A DNA stretch of 64,000 bases from Gemmatimonadota bacterium (GCA_040389905.1 JAZJZK010000014.1:96001-160000), one strand, 5' to 3'. Counted from the stretch's first letter, positions 38,833 through 49,364 are shown. A program made the numbers and translations. The notes: generated from the letters alone by a model not told the origin.

Positions 38833-40746
38833 TCACGCGCTCGTCGGCGTGCCGTGCGCACGAGCAGCATCGCGGAGCATCTCGACGACGCGAAGGATGA
38901 GGGTACGCGATTCGTCGGCGCGAAAGAGGACGTCGATACCCCAGCGCATGGCGAATCCCGAAATCGGCACGGTCGCGGTTCCCGGGGGCGGATCGTCACG
39001 CTGGGACTGGAAGCCCAGCGCCCAGCCGCGGCCGTCGGCGACCATTGCCCAGATCGTCTTCAGTCCGCCGAACGTCTGATCGACGCGTGGCCGGAACCCG
39101 TGACGCTCGAACGTCGAGAAGAGCTGGTCATGCAGGCCCGGTTGAAACGCCCGGTTCGCGAACAGGAACGGAATGTCGATGAGATCGGCGAAGTCGATCG
39201 ATGCACGCCTGGCAAGGGGACTGTGCGCGCTCACCAGTGCGCGGTTGACGACATCATCAGTCAGCCGCTCGCGACGGAGACCGCGCTCTGCAACGGGGGA
39301 GAGTGGTGTCGCGTGGCATAGCCCCACGTCCACGCGCGCCGCACGAAGCTCGGCTGGCTGCTCGGGGGTATGGAATTCCTCGAGTGTCACCTCGACCGTC
39401 GGCATCTCGTCCAGGCACCGGCGCAATAACGCGGTCACGAGGATTCTGGCATGCGTCGTGGGAACTGCGGCAATCACGCAGCGCGAGATGCCGCGACGCG
39501 CGCGATGTGCTTCGGAGTGGAGCGCCGCCGCACCGTGAAGAATGCGCCGCGCACTCCGGTAAAACGACTCGCCTGCCGGGGTGGTGGTTGCCCCGCGCGC
39601 GCCGCGTTGCAGCAGCTCGAGACCGACAACGTGCTCGAGATCGCGAATCTGGCGCGAGAGTGCTGGCTGGGTCAGCTCGAGCAGCTTGGCGGCACGGCCG
39701 AAGCTTCGCGCTTCCACCACGGCGCAATAGTAGCGGAGGTGTCGCAGTTCGATCGCCTGTCCCTGCAGGATCGGTCCGTTCGGCGTGCCGCTTGCGGGTA
39801 TTGTCTCGGGCGGTGCGATTGCGGCAACGGTGACATTGCCGGCGCGCGTTCGCTCCTCCTCGAACTGCCGCCGGATGGCGTCGAGCACGGTGTGCACGAC
39901 GGGGCGCCGTTCGTCGCGTCTCCACACCATGGCGTGTGCGAGTGGCACCTTGAAATCGGTGAGCGCAACGATCGTCGAGTCGGAAGGGGCCAACCCAGTC
40001 GTCTTGCCGGGAAAGAGCGTCCATCCTTGGCCAGCACTGACCAACGACGAGACCTGCGATACCTGCTCGCATTCGCGCTTGATCGTGGGCTGGAACCCGA
40101 TTCGCGCAAACTCGGTGCGCAGTTGTCGTGTGAATTCCGGAGCAAGGCCGGCCTTCCAGAAAAGGAACGGCTCCTTGCTCAGCTCGAAGATGCTGACCGT
40201 TCGGCGCACCGCGAGCGGATGCGCCTTCGACACCTTGATCGAATCGAAGATGTCGTAGTTCATCGTTTCCGATACCAAATCCGTGTACTCGTGCGAGATC
40301 GGCAAGCCGAGGCCGATATCTGCCTCGAGCAGCTGAAGCGCCTTCCATTGGCGAGGACCGATGGCCTCTGTCACGGACAGCTCGATGCCGGGATACTGCG
40401 AACGAACACGTGCGACGACTCGTGCAATGAGTCCGGACGAGAGAGCGCGCGCGCCGACACAGATGACACAACGACCGACGACGCCGCGACTCGATCCCTT
40501 GGCGAGTGCAATTGCCGACTCGAGGCGGGTGAGTATGCGGCGCGCGGCGGTGAGGCACACGTCACCGGCCGGTGTCAATTCCATGCCCCTGGCGCCGCGC
40601 GCAAACAGCTCCAGGCCGATCTCACGTTCGAGATCGTGGATCTGGCGTGTCAGTGCCGGCTGCGCGATGCGCAGCCGTTGTGCGGCTCCCACCACCGTTG
40701 ACTCCTCGGCAACGGCGATAAAGTAGCGAAGGTGTCGCAGTTCCAT
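38833..40746 (-). CDS. Tandem double LysR-family regulator (two complete HTH + substrate-binding units)
   Basis: MELRHLRYFIAVAEE...AQPALTRQIHDLE and IELRHLRYYCAVVEA...TQPALSRQIRDLE in one 637-aa ORF. Confidence 0.9.
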   Translation of the reverse strand: MELRHLRYFIAVAEESTVVGAAQRLRIAQPALTRQIHDLEREIGLELFARGARGMELTPAGDVCLTAARRILTRLESAIALAKGSSRGVVGRCVICVGARALSSGLIARVVARVRSQYPGIELSVTEAIGPRQWKALQLLEADIGLGLPISHEYTDLVSETMNYDIFDSIKVSKAHPLAVRRTVSIFELSKEPFLFWKAGLAPEFTRQLRTEFARIGFQPTIKRECEQVSQVSSLVSAGQGWTLFPGKTTGLAPSDSTIVALTDFKVPLAHAMVWRRDERRPVVHTVLDAIRRQFEEERTRAGNVTVAAIAPPETIPASGTPNGPILQGQAIELRHLRYYCAVVEARSFGRAAKLLELTQPALSRQIRDLEHVVGLELLQRGARGATTTPAGESFYRSARRILHGAAALHSEAHRARRGISRCVIAAVPTTHARILVTALLRRCLDEMPTVEVTLEEFHTPEQPAELRAARVDVGLCHATPLSPVAERGLRRERLTDDVVNRALVSAHSPLARRASIDFADLIDIPFLFANRAFQPGLHDQLFSTFERHGFRPRVDQTFGGLKTIWAMVADGRGWALGFQSQRDDPPPGTATVPISGFAMRWGIDVLFRADESRTLILRVVEMLRDAARAHGTPTSA

Positions 40747-41011
40747 GATCGAAGACGAGGTAGCGTGATGATCGATGCGCGTTGTAAGGCGGCGACGCCT
40801 CGAATGGTTCCAATCGGTGGCGGCGGCCGTTGGAACCATTTCACACGGTTTGGCATTACAGCCCTCGACCACAGATCACGAGGCCCTCATGGTTGCTGCC
40901 TGCTCCGCGCCGATGATCGACGACACCGTGCAATCGGCGTGGCAGATTGACCACGTGCCTGTCGCCGTTGACGACGAGTCAACGCACGCGGACATTGCTG
41001 GCGTGCCCGAC

Positions 41012-41602
41012 ATGTCAGACGCCGCTGACTTCAATACCCAACTGCGCGCGGTACTCCCGCCGGCCTACGGATACGCGCTACGCCTCACGCGCAACCGCGA
41101 CGATGCGGAGGATCTCGTTCAGGAGGCCGCGTTGCTCGCCTGTCGCGCGGCGCACACGTTCGAGGCCGGCACGAACTTCAAGGCGTGGTACTTCCGCATT
41201 CTTGTTCGCTGCTTCTATGCTCGGCATCGCATCGCGCAGCGTCGCCCGGAAACCGTCGAGCTGGACGACACGCCCGACCTCCAACTGTACCAGAATTTCA
41301 TGCGGAGCGGCCTCCGGTCTTCAGGCGATGATCCGGCCAGCATTTTGCTCGACCGCCTGGGCATCGAACAAGTGGTCGACGCCATTCGCGTATTGCCTAC
41401 GGAGTACGGTGTCGTGTGCAGCTTCTATTTCATGGAAGACTTCACCTACCGTGAGATCGCCGACGTGCTCGAGGTGCCGGTTGGTACCGTGCGGTCGCGG
41501 TTACATCGCGGCCGGAAGATGTTGCAGAAAGCGCTGTGGCAGATCGCTCAGGACGCGGGTGTCATCGGGGCCCTCACTCATACGCAGGAGCCGCACGCAT
41601 GA
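41012..41602 (+). CDS. ECF RNA polymerase sigma factor (SigH/SigR-like); start uncertain (alternative ATG 40889)
   Basis: DAEDLVQEA, GTNFKAWYFRIL, YREIADVLEVPVGTVRSRLHRGRK. Confidence 0.9.
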   Translation: MSDAADFNTQLRAVLPPAYGYALRLTRNRDDAEDLVQEAALLACRAAHTFEAGTNFKAWYFRILVRCFYARHRIAQRRPETVELDDTPDLQLYQNFMRSGLRSSGDDPASILLDRLGIEQVVDAIRVLPTEYGVVCSFYFMEDFTYREIADVLEVPVGTVRSRLHRGRKMLQKALWQIAQDAGVIGALTHTQEPHA

Positions 41603-41841
41603 AGTACCCAGACCGATTCACCTGCGAAGAGGCGTTCCGCCGTCTCGACGACTATCTCGACCGAGAGCTCGGCGTCTCCGAAATGGCGCGTGTGCGGGAC
41701 CATCTCGACACCTGCGCCGCGTGCGCCCGTGAGTTCACCTTCGAGGCCAGTGTGCTCGAAGGACTGAAGACGAAGATTCGCAAGATCGACATGCCCCCCG
41801 AGGTCCTCGCTCGCATTACCGCCGCAATCGACGCGGCCTAG
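41599..41841 (+). CDS. Zinc-binding anti-sigma factor (zf-HC2/ZAS)
   Basis: CEEAFRRLDDYLDREL...HLDTCAAC (HxxxCxxC); ATGA overlap with the sigma gene; AGGAG RBS. Confidence 0.9.
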   Translation: MKYPDRFTCEEAFRRLDDYLDRELGVSEMARVRDHLDTCAACAREFTFEASVLEGLKTKIRKIDMPPEVLARITAAIDAA

Positions 41842-41854
41842 CGGAAGCGGCCAC

Positions 41855-42703
41855 TCAGCGCGAACGGAGCGATCGCAACAGGGCGAGTTCGGCCGGACGC
41901 ACACCGCAGTGCTCGAGCAGCTCGTCCGGCAGGCCGTCGATGCCGGCGCGCAGGGTCTGCATGTCGAGCGACGAGTCGTCACCGTGGTGCACCGTATCGA
42001 GTCCGTGCGTTCGAGCGAGATCGTCGCAGCGCGCCCACACCGTCTTTGACCAGAGGGACTCGGTGAGATCAGCGCCAGCGACGCGGGCACCGTTCAGCGA
42101 CGCCAGTGTGAGATCGGCGTGATCGAGCCGAGCGCCTTCGAGAATTGCCCCGTGCAGCGTCGCGCCCACGAGCGTCGCATGCGAAAGATCGGCCCCTGTC
42201 AGGTTCACAAAACCGAGGTCAGCGCCGCTCAAATCGGCACCGCGAAGGTTGGCTCCCTCGAGATTGCAGCGTGACAAGTCGGCACGGCGCAAGTTGGCGT
42301 CGGCGAAGCACGCGCTCGTCAGGATCGAATTCCTCAATGTGGCGCGTGTGAGGTCGGCCTCGCGAAAGTCGACGCCCGTGTCCCCAACGGCCGTCTTGTT
42401 GACGGCCTGCAAGCGCGCGTCGCCGAGTTGCGCGCGGCGAAAGTCCGCGCCGCTGATGGTGGCCAGGGTGAGATCGCTCGACGTCATGTCCGACCCTTCG
42501 AATGACGCGCCGGTGAGGTCCGCGTTACACAGATCGATGCCGCGCAGGTCACACTGCACGAGAGTCGCGCCGCTCAGTTGCGCGTAGGCGAGCGCCGCCC
42601 CGGCGAGTGAGGCGCCGGCCAGCGTGTTGCCGTCAACGGTCAGGAGCGCTTCGCCCGTGTGTCGATGAACGACCAGCATCAGCTCCCCTCGTCTGATGGC
42701 CAT
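41855..42703 (-). CDS. Pentapeptide-repeat protein
   Basis: Extensive ADL/ANL pentads (ANLRGADLSGADLGFVNLTGADLSHA). Confidence 0.88.
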   Translation of the reverse strand: MAIRRGELMLVVHRHTGEALLTVDGNTLAGASLAGAALAYAQLSGATLVQCDLRGIDLCNADLTGASFEGSDMTSSDLTLATISGADFRRAQLGDARLQAVNKTAVGDTGVDFREADLTRATLRNSILTSACFADANLRRADLSRCNLEGANLRGADLSGADLGFVNLTGADLSHATLVGATLHGAILEGARLDHADLTLASLNGARVAGADLTESLWSKTVWARCDDLARTHGLDTVHHGDDSSLDMQTLRAGIDGLPDELLEHCGVRPAELALLRSLRSR

Positions 42704-43784
42704 GCATCTTCTTCTGCGAGTGCTCGAGTTTACCTGCGCGCCGCCTCGTCCGAAAGCTCGCCGGTAGCGGACGATCGATGGCGTTCCGACGCCGCGCGCC
42801 GACGAATGCGGCCAGCATGTCCACTTCCAGGCGTGCGGCAGCGAAGAGGGCGGGCAGCCGCCGAGTCTCGTAGACTCGCGTTTGTCGATCGTTCATGATA
42901 CGCGCCCGCGAGGTACGCGGGTAAGGCTCGCAAGGTCGGCATGAACAGCAGGACGTGCGCGACCGGCGTGGATAACGCGCGCGTGGCGTATGCCGACTGT
43001 AAGAGGTAGTACGGCGAGGCATGGCGCACGTTTCTCGGTGTTATCTGCGCGTGGCGTCAGGTGGTGCTGGCGTGGCGTAAATGGTTCGGCGTGTGATGCG
43101 ACTCGCGTGCCTCGTGAGTTCTTGTGCACGCGGGGTAAGGCGAATGCTGGATCACGTGGAGGCGCGGCGCCAGATCGTGGCGTGTACGCCCCCCCGGGTG
43201 CGCTCGGGGTCGCGTCGAGTGGGCGTGCGCCGTGATCGGATGAACGGTCGCTCGGTGCACGGATTCCGATCGTGTTCCGAGGTGAAGCTCGCTGGGGCAT
43301 GCGGGTGCTGATGATCGCCGGGCGGATGTTCACGCGCCCAGGATGGATTCTTGCGGCGTGCGTTGGTGACACTCTCCGCTTCACACGTGCGATGCGATCT
43401 GCATGGCGTGTACTGGTTGGTGCATTGCGTGAACTGGTTCGTGCATGGCGTGGCGCGGCACTCCACAGGTGCGAAGTCGGACGCTCGCGAGGCAACTCCG
43501 TGATGGCCGGGTGCAACTCCGTGATGGGCGACTTCCACTTCGAACTGCTGGGATCGAAGTCCGCCGCCGGCGCTGGATACGCCCCGAGGCATGCGTTGGT
43601 GTTCGCATAGCGCCGCTCCAAGTCGGACACATTCATATGAAAGCGCACGATGCGCGGGGGGACACGTGTCGCGACGGCACCCAACTGCGATACGGCGCCG
43701 TTCTTGTGCGGCGAGCGCGCCGCGAATTGCGCAAATGGCCGGGCGCACATCGTCGCGCGGCACATCAATTCCGCGCGGCGCCGG

Positions 43785-43910
43785 TGCAAACACGGCGCGC
43801 ACTGCCAATTTTCCGCCGCGCGATGCGTACACAGCGCGATGCGCCGCTGCAAACAAGGCGCGCACTGCCAATTTTCCGCCGCGCGATGCGTAAATAGCGC
43901 GATGCGCCGA
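43785..43910. repeat. Tandem 63-bp direct repeat (2 copies) within a 21-nt-periodic tract
   Basis: TGCAAACA(C/A)GGCGCGCACTGCCAATTTTCCGCCGCGCGATGCGTA(C/A)A(C/T)AGCGCGATGCGCCG at 43785 and 43848. Confidence 0.85.
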
Positions 43911-44221
43911 TGGAACAGGTCGTTGCGCTCCGGTATTTCGGTAGTGCGCGGATAAAAGTGCGACGCGCTCCCGTTAAAGTCGCCCTGCGGCACAGTAATG
44001 TTCGCTCGCCAAGCCGTACAGCGGGACAGTCGTTCTGTACGTTCCTCTCCGCGGTCTGTGGGTTTGCGGTGAACTCAGAACTCACTGCGTTTCGCGTTCA
44101 GTGATGTGCGCGATCAGACTGTAGACGCGGATAACCGTCCCGTACGTTCAACTTTCCGGCCGAAACACTGGAGGGCGAAGCGATCACGTTGCTCAGAGCA
44201 GTGATGTGAGCGATCGAGACG

Positions 44222-45997
44222 TTAGTACGGAACCACGTCGACTTTCGGCACGACACCGAGGTATTTGCCGATCACTTTCGACACGAGTGTCGCCGTCGTC
44301 GCGCCCTGGAAGGGCACGTATTCCAGCATCATCGCCACCACGATGGTTGGATCGTTCGCCGGCGCGAATCCCACGAACCACGAGAAGTTCAGTTCTTTTC
44401 CGTTCGCTGCGTACTTCCGGCTCTGCGCCGTTCCCGTTTTCCCCGCGAGCACCACGCCTTCCATCTTTGCGCGCACTGCCGTTCCCTCTTCCACAACGTT
44501 GGCGAGCGCCGCCCGTAGCAACGCGAACTGCGGATCTGTCAGCTGGAAGAGGCGCGTTCGCTCCGGCGTCCCTCGAACGATCTGCGGACGTGCCGCCATT
44601 CCATCGGTGGCGAGTGCGGTGTAAAACCTGGCCATGTTCAGCACGGTTTGCGCGTTCTCGCCTTGTCCAATTGCGAGGTTGAGCGTGACGGCATTCGTCC
44701 ATTTCCCGCGTCCATACCGCCGGTCGAAATACGCCTGCGCGTTCGGCCACACGGGCGTGCGCTCGCCCGGCAGGTCGATGCCGGTCTTGCTGTTGAAGCC
44801 GAGGTCCACACCGCCGGCAATGAGCTTCGTGAGCCCCACGCGAAGGCCCAGCTGATAGAAATAGACGTTGCACGATTTCGCGATTGCTTCCGACAGCGAA
44901 AGGCTCCCGTGCTGCGCGTCGCAATGAAATGGTCGTCCGCCGTAGACGAGCTGCCCGTTGCATGGCTGTGGCATGTGTTCGTCCATCCGCACGATCCCGC
45001 CTTCCAGCGCGGTGATGGCCGTCGCAATCTTGAACGTCGAGCCCGGCGGATACTCTCCCTGAAGCGCCTTGTTGTAGAGCGGCCTCCTCGGATCGGTGTT
45101 CAGCGAGTCCCAGTAGGCCGCGGGGATTCCACCGGTGAATCGATTCCCGTCCCATCCGGGTTCACTCACGAACGCGAGTACTCCACCTGTCTTCGGATCG
45201 AGGGCGACGAGACTTCCCTGGAGGGTGTCGCCGAAAAGGCTCGCGGCGTACTGCTGGAGGTCTTCGTCGATATTCGTCTGCAGGGAGTCGCCGGCCACCG
45301 GGGCGACGTCGGGACGAACATTCACCGTTCGCACGATGCGGCCGCGCGCATCCACCTCGGCGAATTGTGTTCCTTCATGGCCGCGCAGCCGTGCATCGTA
45401 GTATTTCTCGAGGCCCAGCTTGCCGATGAGCTGTCCCGACTTGTAGTCGAGCGTGTCGTTCGAATGCGACAGGTCCGACTCGGTGAGCTCGCCGGTATAC
45501 CCCACGACCGCCGAGACATCCGCGCCGTCCGGATAGAAGCGCCGCGGTGCGCTCTGGATGATCATCGCCGGAAGTTGCGGACGATGCTCCTCGAGCACGC
45601 TGATAACGTCGAACCCCGCGTCGGGAATGATGACGGTGGGTCGGCCGGGCGCCCGGCGAAGCCTCCGCACCGCGAGGTCGATGTCCCGTGGCGTGATGCT
45701 CACGATCGAGCCAAACTTCTCGAGCATCGCGCGCAGCGAGTCTTCGCGCAGCGCCAGCACGGATACCGAGTATCCCACGACGTTGTCGGCGAGCACCTTT
45801 CCGTTCCGGTCAACGATCACTCCGCGTGCCGCCGGGAGTGGAATCTCGCGCAGCCGGTTCGACTCCGATTGCAGCGAATACCTCTCACGGTGGATCACCT
45901 GAGCCCGGAAGAAACTCGCGAGGAGCAGGAACATGACGCCGCCGAGGATGACCGCCGCAGCCCTCGCCCGGCGATGGACTTCGTTTGGGTGATGCAT
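44222..45997 (-). CDS. mrdA: Penicillin-binding protein 2 (class B transpeptidase)
   Basis: N-terminal TM; ARGVIVDRNG; YPPGSTFK (SxxK), KSCNVYF (SxN), GKTGTAQ (KTG). Confidence 0.92.
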   Translation of the reverse strand: MHHPNEVHRRARAAAVILGGVMFLLLASFFRAQVIHRERYSLQSESNRLREIPLPAARGVIVDRNGKVLADNVVGYSVSVLALREDSLRAMLEKFGSIVSITPRDIDLAVRRLRRAPGRPTVIIPDAGFDVISVLEEHRPQLPAMIIQSAPRRFYPDGADVSAVVGYTGELTESDLSHSNDTLDYKSGQLIGKLGLEKYYDARLRGHEGTQFAEVDARGRIVRTVNVRPDVAPVAGDSLQTNIDEDLQQYAASLFGDTLQGSLVALDPKTGGVLAFVSEPGWDGNRFTGGIPAAYWDSLNTDPRRPLYNKALQGEYPPGSTFKIATAITALEGGIVRMDEHMPQPCNGQLVYGGRPFHCDAQHGSLSLSEAIAKSCNVYFYQLGLRVGLTKLIAGGVDLGFNSKTGIDLPGERTPVWPNAQAYFDRRYGRGKWTNAVTLNLAIGQGENAQTVLNMARFYTALATDGMAARPQIVRGTPERTRLFQLTDPQFALLRAALANVVEEGTAVRAKMEGVVLAGKTGTAQSRKYAANGKELNFSWFVGFAPANDPTIVVAMMLEYVPFQGATTATLVSKVIGKYLGVVPKVDVVPY

Positions 45998-46150
45998 CTC
46001 ATGCTATATAGTGTGTCAGCCCTCGCGAGCGACAGTGACTGTCTGGACCTCCTGTCCCAGCACCGTGGCTGGCGCACTCGGACGCGAGATCCGGGCCGTC
46101 GTCAGCGTGCGCAAGTCGCCCCTCCTTCTTCTTAGGTCGCGCGCGCGCCT

Positions 46151-46536
46151 TCAGCCTGCGGACCCCGACGGCGACCGCTCGCCGTGTGGTCCCGGCCGCG
46201 GCGCTGCCTCGACGACCGCCAGCACGCGTGCCGAGTCCGCAGCCGCGAATCCCCGGCGGCACGCGAATCGACCGGCCAGGCGCACGATCCACCGCCGGAG
46301 GTGTTTGGGATCAATCCCGTGCCGCGCGGCAAAGCGGAGCCGCGACTCCCCACTGCGGCGCCACCCCTCGATCACGTGGCGGGCCTCGTCTTCCCGCCAA
46401 TGGGATTGCCGTGTCACCCGCGCGACATCGGCCACTGTCCTCTGCGCCATCGTCTCCTCCTGTCGTCTCTCAGAGAGAAAGGCAGAAGGATCGTCCGCTA
46501 CATCACAAGCTCAACATGGGCAGGCCGAACGCTTAC
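46151..46536 (-). mobile_element. tnpA: Truncated IS66-family remnant: left end plus frameshifted tnpA
   Basis: Minus strand begins GTAAGCGTTCGGC at 46536 (IS66-type end). ORF from 46450 reads W...GWRRSGESRLRFAARHGI...LRRW; C-terminal GRSIRVPPG / ARVLAVVE is split across frames. No tnpB, tnpC or right end. Confidence 0.7.
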
Positions 46537-47367
46537 GATGATGGATCCCTGCCGTCGAGCGCAATCGGCGCGGGCCCGCCCCCCTGCCCCGCCGACCCGT
46601 GGGTCATTCTTGCCGACGTCAGCATCACCGACGACTGCAAGGTGCGCGGGGTGAACTGCTTTACACATCGGCGCTACGTCGTTTCGTTCGCCGACTTCTA
46701 TTTCGTCTGTGCGCAATCAGCGCCCAATACCGGCTTCTCCCTCGGTAACGCGGCGCCGCTGTCCAACGCCACTGCAAGCATGCGCATGATGTCGATGATG
46801 TCGGGCACCGCGAATCTGATGGACACGAGTGCCACAATGTCGGGCGAAGCACCTCGCGCCATGGTCGCCCTCTCGCGCAGCGACGCCAGCACGACGATGC
46901 TCCCGGCACACTTTTCGGTCGAGCGTGGCACCACCGTCGCCGACTTGCTCGAGCGCGAAGGAGACCGCGAGTACTATGACGCAGCCGCGGATCGCCTCTA
47001 CACGCTGCGCGACAATTATCGCGCGGCAGGTGTTCCACTGTCAACGGCGCTGAGCTCCACGGCCACGGCGCTTGGTCCCCTCGAGGGAGCGGTCTTCGAC
47101 GCGGAGGCAGCAGCCACAGGTGATGACGCGGACGCGATGAGAGTGACGACGCTCGCCGGCGTATCCGAGACCTCCCAGCTCGGCAGGCGTCTGGCCGGGC
47201 TTACCGTCGCTGAGGTTGGAGCGATGACGCGCGAAGACTTTGTGGCGCACGCAACCAAGGGAGTCGCCGCGCGCCAGAAGAAACAGTTGGCTGAGCAAGC
47301 GCACGATGTGTGGCGGCTCGCGCGCGATGCCAGCGTGTACGCGCCGGAACGCGATGCCGACGAGTAA
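46537..47367 (+). pseudogene. 5'-truncated gene remnant next to the IS66 end
   Basis: Protein-like sequence starts right after the IS end (PPPCPADPWVILADV...NCFTHRRYVVSF); the upstream part of the ORF is IS-derived. Confidence 0.55.
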
Positions 47368-47481
47368 GCCGGTCGCGGCGGACCACGAAACGAAGTCCGA
47401 TCGCAGGCAAAACATAGATGACGCCGAGTACGTTCGCAGAGTGCCGCCAACATCCCGCGTCGCTCCTCTCTGACGGCGGCG

Positions 47482-47916
47482 TCATGGCTCGAGTCGCAAC
47501 TCCAATATGGTCGCGGAGCCGTAGCCCGGCAGCACGATCTTTCGCGCCGCGCGTAAGTGCGCGAGATGAAGACGTATTTGCGCCTGTTGTTCTTCGGTCA
47601 GGGAGATGCTAGCGTCCACAAGGCGAATCGTCTCGTCCTTCGACGGAGACACCCCGTTGGTATTTCGTTCGGCGAGAAGCCGGTTCATCGCCGCGGAGTA
47701 GGTGAATGGATTGAGATTTGTCGCCGACAGAATAATCAAGTTTTTCGTGGCGCCGCTCTTTTGGCGCACGACTATCGCGACCGTTCCGCGCGGAAGGGTA
47801 TCGACGAGCGCAATCGCCACACTGTTTGAGCCTTGCGCGCCTACGGACTTCACGCAAGGCGTGACGACGAGGGCTGCGATGAGTAGCAGCCATGAGAGCC
47901 TACTGTAACGTAACAT
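47482..47916 (-). CDS. Hypothetical secreted protein
   Basis: Signal peptide MLRYSRLSWLLLIAALVV...VGA-Q; visibly AT-richer than its flanks. Confidence 0.55.
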   Translation of the reverse strand: MLRYSRLSWLLLIAALVVTPCVKSVGAQGSNSVAIALVDTLPRGTVAIVVRQKSGATKNLIILSATNLNPFTYSAAMNRLLAERNTNGVSPSKDETIRLVDASISLTEEQQAQIRLHLAHLRAARKIVLPGYGSATILELRLEP

Positions 47917-47960
47917 CGATACTCCCGGCTCGTGAGTGAGGAATGGCGTTGGTGATGTCA

Positions 47961-48680
47961 CTATTGCACCCACACCCAATGGCATTCGCGAGTATTTGTG
48001 CCATCGGACCAGATTGTATCGGTGCACCATTCGTTCCATGCACCCGTGTGATACGTCGGGACATACCAATATCCGCTACTTTCGCTCGTGATAGTTACAC
48101 CTAGCGAATGCCATGTGGTAGCTGAGTGGGGAGTCGGGGAGGCCGGTTGAGCAGCATGGCACAATTTTAGATTCGGATATGTCGCTACGGACGCGTCCGT
48201 GAGCTGACTATTGTCGGCGCTGACACCCGTGTGAGATGACGATACGTGGGAGCTTGCCTCGCACTCCATGACGAACTGCTGCGCTGCTGGCGTTTTGTGG
48301 TACAGGCAGATAGGAGTGCAAGCCACTCCAGCGACTTGGGCTCCGTCTCCTTCGAACGTGTCTTGATTCTGCCCGTTCTTTGAGGTGACGATGTTCATGT
48401 GAATTGTGGAGGTAAGTCGGGTGTTCGTGGACCCAAGAATGCCGAAATCGCCCCCATACCATGAATGTTCCGCACGCGCCTCGAACGTGCTTGCGGTTGG
48501 GACTACCTCACTTGAACTGGCACGCCAACTCAGCGGCCCTTGATCGCCTTCATCGTCGTGATTTGCGGACAGTGGGGAGCGCATCTGTGGACCGACCATG
48601 TGTTCTGCACAACTCCCGAGCGGTGACGCGAGACAGATGGCACTTAGCAACACGTTCCTGATGCGTCGCAATTTGGTCAT
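47961..48680 (-). CDS. Hypothetical lipoprotein, Cys/Trp-rich C-terminus
   Basis: MTKLRRIRNVLLSAICLASPLGSC lipobox-like; GGAAGGA RBS; AT-richer DNA. Confidence 0.6.
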   Translation of the reverse strand: MTKLRRIRNVLLSAICLASPLGSCAEHMVGPQMRSPLSANHDDEGDQGPLSWRASSSEVVPTASTFEARAEHSWYGGDFGILGSTNTRLTSTIHMNIVTSKNGQNQDTFEGDGAQVAGVACTPICLYHKTPAAQQFVMECEASSHVSSSHTGVSADNSQLTDASVATYPNLKLCHAAQPASPTPHSATTWHSLGVTITSESSGYWYVPTYHTGAWNEWCTDTIWSDGTNTRECHWVWVQ

Positions 48681-49364
48681 TCTTGTTTCCTTCCACGTGA
48701 GTGAAGTGTGGTCGTTGCTAACATGTGGGACGCTGAGTGGCGACCCACTGCCGTCGAACGCCGCTACTACTGCTTTCTAGTCCGGTGATCATCACGGTCT
48801 TCCTGAACTCACCGATCGCCGGCGTGGTTGTTGAACTGCGTAGCGGACGGGGGTCGTTTCGGTGCCACCCGTTCCGGTCGAAGCGTGCGTATCCCACGGC
48901 GTTGGACGCCGTCTGGAATGCAACATCGGTGTGAGTGCCAACCTCGAACGTGTTGAAGTGGTTGATGCCTTCGGGAACAGTCAGGGTTTGGAGGGTTTTT
49001 GTTGACATGTCCGGAAAGACGGCCGTAACGCGAATTGTGGCGAGCGATGCCGTTGACTCCGTCATCCAGAAGAGAAGGACGGCGTTCCGGAGTCGACCTA
49101 GGTGAAGTTCTCGTACTGGCACTTCAGGGTCATCCCAAATCCCCTTTATGTGCTATCATGCGAATGCGCCCAAGCCGCGTGAACTACTTCGTGGACCAAG
49201 CAGGTCTTTCCAGCCGGGGCACTGCGCGTATCTTATCCTCGAAGGGACTCGAACCCGCGCTCGAGTCCATGGCGCCAGTACATGTTCGGGAACTCCCGTG
49301 CCGCGTTGGTGATGGCGTGAACGGAAGTCCTGTTCCCTCCCCGCTCAAAACCCGGATCGAGCAA

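Noticed and set aside
43785..43910. Possible CRISPR array
   Set aside because: Only two directly adjacent 63-bp copies, no unique spacers, and no cas genes.
42893..43993. 366-aa ORF and overlapping ORFs
   Set aside because: Arg/Pro/Ala-rich low-information translations arising from the GC-rich periodic tract; no motif or RBS.
44648..46135. Long antisense ORFs (this one, 7071-8219, 25090-26388, 39451-40701 and others)
   Set aside because: Shadow frames of well-supported opposite-strand genes, expected in high-GC DNA.
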